A stretch of 63,475 nt of DNA, counting the filler, from Chiloscyllium plagiosum (taxonomy: Eukaryota), in NCBI RefSeq assembly GCF_004010195.1. It is 4 parts of one record of this genome, joined end to end, with 100 filler letters (N's around TTAATTAATTAA, not from the genome) between each part and the next. Parts side by side here need not be neighbours in the genome. Positions count along the whole stretch, not along the records: positions 43,792 to 60,751 come from NC_057712.1; positions 60,852 to 63,475 come from NC_057712.1; 2 more parts are not named here. One strand, written 5' to 3'. Positions within the stretch are counted from its first letter, which is position 1. Each line of letters opens with the position of its first letter. A program made the translations under genes and the position numbers. The notes beneath the pieces are model-generated. The model did not search any database and was not told the DNA's origin. It worked only from the letters and a program-made list of their open reading frames with translations. Below, piece after piece: positions 51,436 to 63,475 of the stretch.

Positions 51436-52882
51436 AATATTACTAGCCTCTTGCTCTCTTGCATAGTCCATTCTGGAAGGCTGCAGTAAACTCTGTCATG
51501 GATGTTGATTGCCATGGATCACTGCAGTCTACAGCCAGTTCCCACTTTCATATACTCGCTGACAACATAATTGGGCAACACATCAAAGTTTTCCATTTCA
51601 ACTCCTGTCTTGAACTTCTTTTTTTGTGATACATCAGAGGGCAGTAACATGTTAAACATGATTTTCTTTTCACAAATCCAAAGTGACTCTGTTTAATTAT
51701 GTTATGATTTTCCACATGCCCTATAACCAGATGGCTTATAATAGGTTTGAGCACTTTGCCTACTATTGATGGGAACCCAACTAGTCTGTAGTTCCTTTTT
51801 TTCTCACAGTGTTGTTATGGTTGCTTTCTTCCATTCATTGCAGAAAAAAAATGTGATGTTTAGTATTCTTAAGTGAAAGTTGTCCAAATATTTCATATGG
51901 TCCACTATTCATAGAGCATCTTCTGCATTGTCATGCCAGCATTTCAGCCTTTGGAATGGTTGAAAACACAACACAAAAAGAGACTATCATGTCTGTGCAG
52001 GCTGATAATAGGCAACTGGTCTCATCCCACTTCCTGGTTGTTGGTCTGTAGCTTCATTGGTTCTTGCACTCATGTACGAATTCAGTTACTTTTCAAATAA
52101 TATGATGGTTTGTGACTTCAGCTTTGCAGAAAAAGAGTTTTAACATCCCCATAATCTTTGAGGTGAAAAGCCTTGCTCTCGCAAACCACCTACCTATTGC
52201 TTCAAATCCATGCCCCTCAACACTAACTCCCAGTTAGGGACTCTTCGAGTAAGGGAATAATTCTTTCCACCAACTCTATTTCGAACCCCTCATAATTTTA
52301 CATACTTCAATCAAGTATCCCTCAGCCTTCTCTGTACCAAAGAAAACCCTAGCTTATTAAATCTTTCATAATAACTGGAATTATCCAACCCTGGCAGTGT
52401 CCCTGAAAATCTCCTCTGTACATTCTGTAATGCAATCACATCCCATCTACAGCACAGGACCACAATTCCTCAAAGTACTCCAACTGTGGCCATTTGTGCT
52501 TAATTCAATTCTAACACAACCTTTCTGTTTCTATATTCTATGCTTTAGCAACTTAAATCTATTTTAATGGCTGCATGGCCACTATCTGCCTGGTCATCCT
52601 CAGAGATCTATGGCAATCACTCCAAGTTCTTTACTTTTATGTACACCTCTCAGTATTCTACTATTTCATGTTTATTTCCTTGCCTTAGGTTAGCTTTCTG
52701 ATCTGAATTCTGCAAATAATCTAAATTATGGTGTATATGAGTGCATTGGAATCTTAATTTAAATTAACCTTCAATAATTGATGAAACTTGAAAGTATTAA
52801 CCAACAAGGCACAATAAGATTGGGATCTTTTAAACTGGAAAAAGATATAAAGTTGTTAATGAGACTAAAGCTGTCGGATTGA

Positions 52883-53110
<228 letters not shown>

Positions 53111-54407
53111 TAAATAAGGTGAACCGTAGTAAAGATTATTACCAAATTTACCAAGAAATATATTAAATGACTGAGGAAACTGAAATGAAGCACACTGAAA
53201 CTTGAATTTTATAAGTTACCTTATCTGCTACTACTGCAGCAGATAAGAAAGACCGAGCTGGATAAAGAAGCCTACAATCTTGAGACATATGATATAATGA
53301 GTTGACAAGTGGAATTGAAAGTCATCCGAGAAACAAAGAAGGAGGGAGACTGTAAAAAGTGCCATGTTTGAAACTTGGGGAGAATAAAAACATGTTTAGG
53401 GAAGGAAATCACAAACCTGAAGAAGTTGATTAATTAATGAGAGCCCATTGTTTTTCCTACATTTTATACAGACATTTGTAAGTCATGTTGGAAGTGATTC
53501 TCTAGACGTGAGAGGAAAAGGCAGTCTTAGATTAGTCTAGATTTCGCAAAAACAAAATGGGGAAGTCCGTAAGACTGTATTCTGATTGTACTGTCTCCCT
53601 AGATCGATGTGTTAGAAGGAGACTTCTACTGGTATAACTTGAATTTGTTTATCTGTATCTGTCTAGCCAGGCAATCACTTTTATTGAATTTACCATTCAG
53701 AACTGTTAATGGAAAGAAAGGATTTTCATACAGAAAAGAAATGAAGTCATCCTCAGCCATCAAGGATGTTTTATTGGGATTAGAGGAAATATGAAGGGAA
53801 AGGCATGAGTTATGGGAAGGTGTTCAATCCCTGAACTGGTGTGAAGCACTCCAGCTTCTCCTAGCCCAAAGGCAACACAATAGAAGCATTTATCTTTTTC
53901 CCAAAACAGACTTCAGCTCTCTTTAACCACTGGGCTTCCCAAGGTCCACATATCCATGCAGCCAGGCTAAATCTGAAACACAGGTTAAATATGTGGTACA
54001 CAGCCTCAATAAAATTACCGCCCAAGGAAGCTGTGTTGGAAATTTGTAATTAATCAATTCATTGCCCCATCAATAAGCAGAAGGAGAGTTGAAGGTTCAG
54101 TCTGTATAAAATGAAGGGAGAATGCATCTAATGGGAAAGGATTGCATGATGATTGAAGAAGATCATTAACATAATGTAGGAATAGAGGTAAACAGAGAAC
54201 ATTCTGACCCCATTCACTACAACAGCATCCTCATCTACCACAAAATATTATTTAAGAAAAGGAGGAAAGTACACGAGAAGGAAAGATATCAAATGAAGTA
54301 GGTCAGAGGCTTGAAGAGTTAAATGCAGAAGACTGGGTCAATAAAACAGATGGAGCAGCAGATTGGAAGACTATTGTTGCAACCTTCAAAGCAACAGAAA
54401 AGCAGAA

Positions 54408-54715
54408 AGGGTGGCACAGTGGTCAGCACTGCTGCCTCATAGTGCCAGAGACTTGGGTTCAATTCCCACCTCAGGCAACTGTCTGTGTGGAGTTTGCACG
54501 TTCTCCCTGTGTCTGCGTGGGTTTCCTCCAGGTCCTCCAGTTTCCTCCCGCAGTCCAGAAATGTGCAGGTTAGGTGAATTGGCCATGCTAAATTGCCTGT
54601 AGTGTTAGGTGAAGGGGTAAATGTAGGGGAATGGGTCCGGGTGGGTTGCTCTTCGGAGGGTCGGTGTGGACTTGTTGGGCCGAAGGGCCTGTTTCCACAC
54701 TGTAAGTAATCTAAT
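54408..54715 (+). mobile_element. tRNA-derived V-SINE (HE1-like), near full length
   Basis: A/B-box head (tggcacagtggtcagc...ggttcaattccc), V-domain tgtgtggagtttgcacgttctccctgtgtctgcgtgggtttcctcc, CR1-like tail ttgggccgaagggcctgtttccacactgta. Confidence 0.85.
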
Positions 54716-54889
54716 TTAAACTCTAATCATATGCAGCGTAGGAAGCACTGATTCCATAACATAAAATGTTTTGCATCAAACCACTACTTTTAACATTAGA
54801 TGTGTGGCATAAATAGTTATATCTTTCTAAATTTTGAAATCACATTTGCTCGAGTGGTTGGTCTGTGAAGATGTTTTCCACATTTCAGA

Positions 54890-55634
<745 letters not shown>

Positions 55635-57868
55635 TAGTGTTACAATACAGAAGCAGTAGTGAAATATCCTTTGATGGTTTTCAAACCACCCCGCTCCTTC
55701 CATCTAGCACTGTGAGAAGCAATTTAGAATCTGATAGACCTGATTTTATTATCTTGCACATACTGCACTAATACATTGTACATTAAATTCCACTGAATCA
55801 TTTGGTTACTTAAGAGGCTTTCTTTCAGTCTGACAGGGCTAAACGAAAGGCTAATTCATATCTAATAAACTGAGCTTTGACGTGGGACGATTATTTTCTG
55901 TCTGGTTCTTCCCATTCCAAAAATTCATGCATGGAATTATCAGTAATTGTCTGTAACTAAAAACAAAAAATGTGGAAATGTTCTATAGTTCTGGCAGCCT
56001 CAGTGGAAAGAAAAAAGGTCATGGTTCAGGTCAGTTGACTTTCATTAGAGTTCTCGTGTAAGTTTATTGACCTGAAATGTCAAATCTGTTGCTCTCTCAC
56101 AGACCTTACAAATATTTCCAGCACTTTTCTTTTCCTTCCAGATTTCCATCATCCACAGTATTTGACATTTGTGTTCTGTGAGTAATTGCCCTTGCCCAAG
56201 TAAGTGGGCTGTCATGACTGACACTGTTTTGGGCACAGCAGCGTCAAGAGTTTTCCACCTCCCCTATTAATATACACAAATATCCGCAGCTTAGCTGTAG
56301 ACGGACACTGATCAAAGTTCCAACAATGTGCTGCTCATGGTGCATTCTAATTTGAAAGAGACACTTAGAGGTTCTGGAGTTAATTATTATGCAAATACCT
56401 TCAATGATTAAATTAAAACCTTGTTTAATTGAGGTTTTGCATCAATAATTATACTCGCCTTTTGTTGCAACCTTTTCTCAGTGTCCTCTACTGCTCTTTC
56501 ACTATAAATATATCTTACTTGACCTAGTGACCATGCTATTAGAGATAATTGCAATTGTTGGCAATTCTTCTCACCGCTTGATCTCTTAACTCCGGTGTCA
56601 AGTCTCTTAGCAGAGTATAAATCCTTTCACAGCCCAGAAAATGGCATCCCTGTCTTTACCTTGCTCATCCCCTATGAAATGGGTTGAGTAAGCAGCCATT
56701 TTTTAAGTACACCTCGTTTGTACACCACTGTAGGTCATTCTATTCAGATTTTGGAGGAGCTCTCTTTCCAGTTAATATCATACAACTGTAATAATTTTAC
56801 TTAGAAGTAACATACAAATGATCATGTTCATATGATCATGTTCATATACAGATGCTTCCTTGAGGTTTAAGACTGTGGTTGAGAAACACGAGAGATAGGT
56901 TCACTTACCATCTTGCCATGGTATACCTCACCTAGCACAACTTAATCGTGGCCCATTCCAATACTAAAAACCACCAACTGTATTTATTGTTCTCTGAGGT
57001 AATACGTGGCAATACAAAGTTATATTTTATGAGTAGAAGCTGCAGTATCAAGCACACTTTAGCATATTAAAAATTGAAGTAAAACTTAATAAAATTACTT
57101 CCTTATAAGACTGATAAAAAGAAAGTAATTCTGAGCGAATTATTTTTTTAAAAGTACATTAAAATTTAATCTATTTTTGATGATAGTTGAAATCTCCATT
57201 ATGTAAGTAATGTATAAAAAACATTGTAATGACTTGTAAGTAACTGAATCACTTTAGTCAGGTTTGTTTTGGGAGCAAGGGAATTAGTTTGGAAACTCAA
57301 TATGATTTTATAATGTTTGAACAGATTGGACAATCTTGCTGAAAAGAAACATTTGTTAGAATTTTCATTGATATGATAAAAGAGCTTTTCAGTGGTAAAT
57401 TGAGAAGATAATATTTATCCACAATGCTAATTACAGATAAAGGTGGAGAAAATGGTTGTACTGTTGAGTGTAATTGTCATGTACTTTCTTCTCGCATATT
57501 TTAATATGAAGAAATGCCTAAAGATAGAATGAGGTAACATTCTTGTTACATTACCTGATAACTCACTTTTCATTGTGAAGAATTTGAGTGGTCTCCTCAT
57601 TTGCAGACTTTCTTTTGAGAATCCTTTGTCAATCTATTGAAAGAATTCAGGACTCCAGTTAATGAAGGCCTCAAATCAAAAACATAGTCATAATCAAAAG
57701 AAGAAATTAATTACAACACAGCTTTGAAAATCATGAATATGTCTCGATGTCCTAAATTCCTAAACAAAGTTAAGGCAAATAAAGATGAATAAGGATATAT
57801 TAAAAGTTTAATAAGCATTATGGAGAATAAGGCAAAATGACAGGAGACAAGGTTGAAATTCAGGTCAG

Positions 57869-58081
57869 AAAATGTTTTGCTGGAGAAGCGCAGCAGGTCA
57901 GGCAGCATCCAGGGAACAGGAGAATCGACGTTTCGGGCATAAGCCCGTCTTCAGGAATGAAGAAGGGCTTGTGCCCGAAACGTCGATTCTCTTGTTCCCT
58001 GGATGCTGCCTGACCTGCTGCACTTCTCCAGCAACACATTTTCAGCTCTGATCTCCAGCATCTGCAGACCTCACTTTCTCC
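57869..58081. mobile_element. Fold-back non-autonomous insertion made of two inverted PLE pLTR fragments
   Basis: ~85-bp inverted arms around GGAA at ~57954-57957; 15-bp TSD TGAAATTCAGGTCAG (57854-57868 and 58082-58096); same family as 48932-49064. Confidence 0.88.
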
Positions 58082-58653
58082 TGAAATTCAGGTCAGTCTC
58101 AGTGAGCAATACTAACAAGTTCATCTTTATTTTCCAATACTATACCTCAAGTGTAGCAAAACGCTTGAGAGGAACAAGGGGTGTGTGAATTATTATTTTG
58201 GAAATTATTTGGAGATTTGAAATTGCAGTTTAGTTTAGTTTCATATGTCCGAGTCCACTTTGGTGATTTTTGGAGACCATTTTGTATATTCAGTTTTAGC
58301 ATTCTGCCTTCATGTCTGAAAGACTGAGCAACATTTCAAAGTTAAAGCAAAGACAGCCAGTAAAATGAGTGGTGTGCAGCAACAACTGCAGGCACATACT
58401 CTCTTGGGTATGAGACTTGCGAGTTACAATGGGAAATTTGGCTGCACACTGTAGAGGTTTTTGCGACTGTAATCTTCATATGTAAAAATTATCATCTGCA
58501 GCATATAATTACAAATGGAAACAATTTAAAGAGTTTTGGGGCAGCAAACAATTTGAGAAGAATGATTTAAACTACGAGCATAAAAATATCATAAAATTAT
58601 ACTTCTCCAGAATTAAAGTATTGGAAATATAATAATGCTCTGCAGCATGTTAA

Positions 58654-58968
<315 letters not shown>

Positions 58969-59443
58969 TAATTACCATTAATTAGTTCTACCTGTGCCGA
59001 TGATAAATGCTTTTAAATGGGCAGCCTATGCATTAAGTTTTGACTTCACGGTTTGATTGAGATTAAACCTACCAAGGGAACACTGGAGGTAAACTCATAA
59101 TGCCTTTCATGGTAATCCCTATAATTGAGGATCCACGGTAAGCATCTGATTCTCTCAGTTCTGAGGAAGATCCAGTGGTTGAATAGGGACCTGAGAGCGT
59201 ATACCTTATCTGTTCAATCAGTTGTTTCTGGACAAAATAATCTTTCTAATCTGAGTATGGTGGTCATGAACACAAATAACAACGTTCTCCCATTAAACTC
59301 TCCAGTTTTTTTGCTGGTAATTACAATCCAAAGATAGGAACATGGATAAAATGTTGTCACTTATTCAGAAATTGAAGCTATGAGCACTGGTGCTTTTCTT
59401 CTTGTGCTCAAAGTTCTAGTAAACCAATTGACATTTTTGAAAG

Positions 59444-59549
59444 CGGTTGATTCCAGCATGTCCAAAGCTATACTTGTTTGGAAGGGTATCAGCTTTCCTT
59501 GTCTGCTATCCTGACCTGTGAAGGAGAGGAGAAGTCCCTCAGTGTCCGC
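59444..59549 (+). pseudogene. CSMD1: Disrupted CSMD1 sushi exon (106 nt rather than the expected ~174), with internal deletions and frameshifts
   Basis: AAG|CG GTT (AV), then CAT GTC CAA (HVQ), then SYTCLEGYQLSLSAILTCEG from 59466, then in another frame RGEVPQCP C|GTAAGT (donor 59550). Recalled human exon: AVLCPQPPPVQNGTVEGSDFRWGSSISYSCMDGYQLSHSAILSCEGRGVWKGEIPQCL. Confidence 0.8.
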
Positions 59550-59569
59550 GTAAGTTTTCATCACCTTTC

Positions 59570-60751
59570 TTGAATAATTTCAACTCCGGAAAGCAGGTAG
59601 CCAGTTTCTTCCAGTAACAATTCCTGTGATACATCAGTGGTGACAGGCTTTCAATTACAAAAACAATCCTCCACCATTACTCTTTGCCGTATTTGTAAGA
59701 AAGTTTGGATCCTGTTTGCCCAGTTGCCTTGGATCCCATGGGGTCTTACCATTAGGACAAACTTTCAGTGTGGGACCTTGTGGAAGGCCTTTCTGAAGTC
59801 CATGTAAACCGCATCAACTGCACTGCCCTCATTAATACATTTAATCAAAGTTCCAAAAAACTCAATTAAATAAGTCAGACAGGATCTCCTACTAACAAAT
59901 CCATGCCGACTATTCCTGTTCCATATTGCCTTTCAAAGTATTGATGAAGCCTGTCCTTCAGAATGTTTTCCAATAATTTCCTGACCTCAGATGTCAGAGT
60001 AACTGGTCTGTAATTACCTAGCCTTTCCCTGCTACCCTTCTTGGAGAAAGGAACCACATTAGCTATCCTTCAGTTATCTGGCACTTCATCTGTGACTAGC
60101 AAGTCCCCAGGACCCCAGCAATCTCCACTCTTGCCTCCCAGGTAAGTCTGGGATCCATCTCATCAGGTACCCATGCTAAAACATCTAATACTTCTTCCTT
60201 ATTAACCTTAATGTGTTCTAAAACCTCAACATCACAACTGAAATTCCTGGCTACAGTATCTTTCTCCTCTGTCAATGCAGTTGAGAAATATTCATTTAAG
60301 ATCTTAGCCATACCCACTGGCTCCATGCACAGGTTGCCCCTTTGACCTCTAAGAGGTGCCATTCTTTCCCTTGCTTTCCCTTCGTCTTACTCTAATATAC
60401 TTGATCCCAAAAATGTTTCATGGTCCCTCTTTGCCCTCCTCATTTCTTTTTAAGGAACTCAGTGCATAGTTCATTGAAACTGGCATCACAGGTAAACAGG
60501 GTGGTGAAGAAGGTGTTCGCTGCACTTACCTTGTAAGTGCGCCGCAGATCCTTGTAAATCTTTTCTGAACCCTTTCAAGTTTCACAACATCTTTCCGATA
60601 GGAAGGAGACCAGAATTGCATGCAATATTCCAACAGTGGCCTAACCAATGTCCTGTACAACCGCAACATGACCTCCTAAATCCTGTACTCAATACTCTGA
60701 CCAATAAAGGAAAGCATACCAAATGCCTTCTTCACTATCCTATCTACCTGC
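59570..60751 (-). mobile_element. CR1 LINE RT fragments directly after the disrupted CSMD1 exon
   Basis: Minus-strand MAKILNEYFSTALTEE and KKGSRERLGNYRPVTLTSEVRKLLENILKDR; a younger fragment at 60548-60751. Confidence 0.8.
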
Positions 60752-60851
60752 NNNNNNNNNNNNNNNNNNNNNNNNNNNNNNNNNNNNNNNNNNNNTTAAT
60801 TAATTAANNNNNNNNNNNNNNNNNNNNNNNNNNNNNNNNNNNNNNNNNNNN
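60752..60851. other. Artificial contig-joining linker
   Basis: Same 100-bp structure; base composition shifts towards GC after it. Confidence 0.97.
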
Positions 60852-61385
60852 AGATATTGGTGGGGAGTGTGTGGTGAGTAGGAGGGAGGAAGCGGAGGGA
60901 GAGAATGTGGTGTGGGTTGTGAAACTGTAAGTGAGGTGGAGGGGGTAAGATAATGAGGGTATTGAGGAAGGTGAAAGGTGTGAAATGCAAAGGGTGGACG
61001 TCTCCACAGCAGCCGTGCTCAGGATGCCAGGCGTGCAGCCAGTGAAGGATGCTGCTGAGAGTTTATTACCGTCGAGGGAATGATTAGCCTCGCTCCTCAG
61101 CGGGGGTTGCTTGCCACAGCCCTTCCCTGGTGCAGCTGCCTGGATCGCCTACCCCAGTCCTGATCTGGGGCTTTAAATTGTGATCGTCGCAGCCAGAGAA
61201 CACTCTCACTGCTGTGTGGTCACTGCTCCGTGTCGGCACGTTTCAGGTGTCCCCACCCGATCTCGTGTCTATTTAATCGACCTTCATTGTTGGTCATCCC
61301 TCGTGGCCATCCCTTTGCATCTGTCTCTATCCCTCGCTGAGGCTGAGCGATCTAATTGAACTGATCTTCCATTGACCCTGTCCAG

Positions 61386-61494
61386 CTGCGTCGTGAGGCT
61401 AGGATGCGGAGGGAATATCTCTACCGTAAGGCGCAGGAGGACAAGCTGCGCAGCATCGAGGAGAAGAAACAGAAGCTGAAATATGCGCTCGAAG
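61386..61494 (+). CDS. IMP4: IMP4 (U3 snoRNP protein) exon 2, 109 nt
   Basis: CCAG| acceptor and G|GTGAGA donor. LRREARMRREYLYRKAQEDKLRSIEEKKQKLKYALE matches the IMP4 N-terminus (MLRREARLRREYLYRKA). The initiator ATG must be on an upstream exon that I did not find. Confidence 0.92.
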
Positions 61495-61639
61495 GTGAGA
61501 TACAATCACGTGCAGGTCTCTGGCTTCAGGGCTCTGAGGGTGGGGCAGCTTTGCTCTGGATTTCAACCTGGGTTGTACCCGACCCAGGAGTGTTTGAAAT
61601 GGTTTCTAATCAAACTCCAGAGCTGCCACTAAATAGCTC

Positions 61640-61765
61640 AGGGGTTAGCAGTGCTGCCGCAGCGCGCCAGGGCCCCAGGCTCGATACCCACCCTCGGGTG
61701 GGTCGTCTGTGTGGGGTTTGCACGTACTCCCAGTGTCGGCGAGGGGTTTCCTCCCACGGTCCAAA
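61640..61765 (+). mobile_element. V-SINE 5' fragment
   Basis: tagctcaggggttagcagtgctgcc...ctgtgtggggtttgcacg...gggtttcctcccacggtccaaa. Confidence 0.65.
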
Positions 61766-61977
61766 TGACGGTCGACGAAACCTCAGGAGGAAAGGCAGAA
61801 AAGCTTGCATTCCAGAAACTGGGGCTTGGAGAACTCAGCATAGCTGCCTGAGGTCACAGCTGCGCTCGCTCGTGCTCTGTCTCTCGCGCTCGAATGGCAA
61901 GGCGATTGACTCCTAACTGCCCTCTGAAATGACCCCGTTGACTCCAGGGTCAGTCAGGGGGGATAGAGCAGAATTCG

Positions 61978-62675
61978 AATCGCTACAGCGTGGAAACAGG
62001 CCCTTCAGTCCAACGGGTCCACACTGACCCTACAAAGAGTAGCCCACTCAGACCCGTTCCCCTTCTGCATCATCCTAGATTTACCCTGTGATTAATGTAC
62101 ACATCCCTGGGCACTACAGGGACAATTTAGCACGGCCAATCCCACCCTAACCTGCACATCCCTGGGCACTACGGGGACAATTTAGCACAGGCCTATCCAC
62201 CCTAATCTGCACATCCCTGGGCACTACAGGACAATTTAGCACGGCCAACCCACCCTAACCTGCACATCCCTGGGCACTACGAGGACAATTTAGCACGGCC
62301 AATCCCACCCTAACCTGCATATCCCTGGGCACTACGGGTCAATTTAGCACGGCCAATCCCACCCTAACCTGCTCATCCCTGGGCACTACAGGGACAATTT
62401 AGCACGGCCAATCCACCCTAACCTGCACATCCCTGGGCACTACGCGGAACAATTTAGCACAGCCAATCCACCCTAACCTGCACATCCCTGGGCACTACGG
62501 GGAACAATTTAGCACGGCCAATCCACCCTAACCCGCACATCTTTGGAGGAAACCGGAGCACCCAGAGGAAACCCACGCAGACACGGGGCAGGGAGAATGT
62601 GCACCCGAGGCGGGAATCGAACCGGGTCCCTAACGCTGTGAGGTAGCGGCGCTAACCACTGAGCTACCGTGTCGC
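61978..62675 (-). mobile_element. V-SINE (HE1-like) with an internal tandem expansion
   Basis: Head gacacggtagctcagtggttagcg...ggttcgattccc at ~62610-62673, V-domain at ~62540-62600, tail at ~61980-62060. Confidence 0.85.
62100..62540. repeat. Minisatellite, 8 copies of a ~54-bp unit derived from the SINE body
   Basis: Unit cacatccctgggcactacRgggacaatttagcacggccaatccaccctaacctg starting at ~62100, 62155, 62210, 62263, 62318, 62372, 62426 and 62481. Confidence 0.93.
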
Positions 62676-63094
62676 CCCCCCCCACTGCAGCTTCTGACAT
62701 GGGAGGATGTAGCACGGAGGTTGTGAGTGCTGGTTTGCGAATGGCGCAGAGTCGATGGGCCAAAGGGCCTTTCCCTGTCTCTAAATGGCGGGCATCCGGG
62801 AGGTGGGGTCCATCTTACAGACTGAGGTGAGGTGTCCCTCAAAGCAGTCGCCCAGTCTGCGTTCAACCTCGGCTGGTGTGGTGAAGCAGAGAGCAGCAAA
62901 TACCAAGCTGATTCACCAAGGGCCCTGGAACCTTAAATAGTGCAAAGGAGAACGGACAAGTGTTGCACCTTCTGTGGTGGCTTCAGAAGCTGCCGTGGGA
63001 GGGAGTGCGGATGTTTTAGGAATGATGGAGGAGTGGACCGGGTGGGGGGGGGGTGATGGTGGTCACAGGAGCAAAATGCCAACGGGAGAGGGGA

Positions 63095-63475
63095 AGCCTG
63101 TTAAAACTTGAAAAGGTTGGGAAAAGATTTACAGGGATGTTGCCAGGGTTGTGAGGGTTTGAGCTACAGGGAGAGGCTGAACAGGCTGGGGCTGTTTTCC
63201 CTGGAGCGTCGGAGGCTGAGTGGGTGACCTTATAGAGGTTTATAAAACAATGACAAGGCTTGGATAGATAAATCGACAAGGTGTTTTCGCCAAGCCTTTT
63301 AAATGCTGTCATTGTACCAGCCTCCACCACTTCCTCACATGTACCACCCTCTGTGTGAAAACTTTGCCCCTTGGTCCCTTTTATATCTTTCCCCTCTCAC
63401 CCTAAACCAATGCCCTCTAGTTCTGGACTCCCCGACCCCAGGGGGAAAAGACCTTGTCTATTTACCCTATCCATG
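63095..63475. mobile_element. CR1 3' fragments in opposite orientations
   Basis: Plus-strand CR1 at 63095-63290 joined to minus-strand CR1 at 63295-63475. Confidence 0.7.

Noticed and set aside
61404..61916. 170-aa ORF as a full gene
   Set aside because: Only the part up to 61494 is IMP4; the rest reads through the donor into intron and SINE sequence, and its Met is internal.
62100..62540. CRISPR-like array
   Set aside because: Units are contiguous with no unique spacers, derive from a SINE, and the DNA is vertebrate.
62610..62675. tRNA genes at SINE heads (also ~54408, ~41400-41478)
   Set aside because: The A/B-box sequences continue into V-SINE bodies and do not form a full cloverleaf.

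Overview
Vertebrate genomic DNA, almost certainly from a cartilaginous fish (shark). This is inferred from the repeat families: V-domain HE1-like SINEs, Deu-domain SINEs, CR1 LINEs and Penelope-like elements. Three artificial 100-bp linkers (N44-TTAATTAATTAA-N44 at 20614-20713, 43692-43791, 60752-60851) split the window into four contigs whose adjacency is not proven. Contig 1 holds the promoter, coding exon 1 and start of intron 1 of ANGPT2. Contig 2 has no exon I could recognise; it holds a decayed L1-clade LINE with a nested Penelope-like insertion. Contig 3 holds three intact phase-1 sushi-domain exons of CSMD1, then a fourth exon disrupted by three internal deletions, and upstream a candidate 21-nt microexon. 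Contig 4 is visibly GC-richer and holds IMP4 exon 2 and a SINE with an internal 8 x ~54-bp expansion. Penelope-like fragments carrying minimal hammerhead ribozyme motifs recur throughout, including short fold-back insertions with clean target-site duplications. Gene and family names come from recalled sequences, not searches, and repeat boundaries are approximate.
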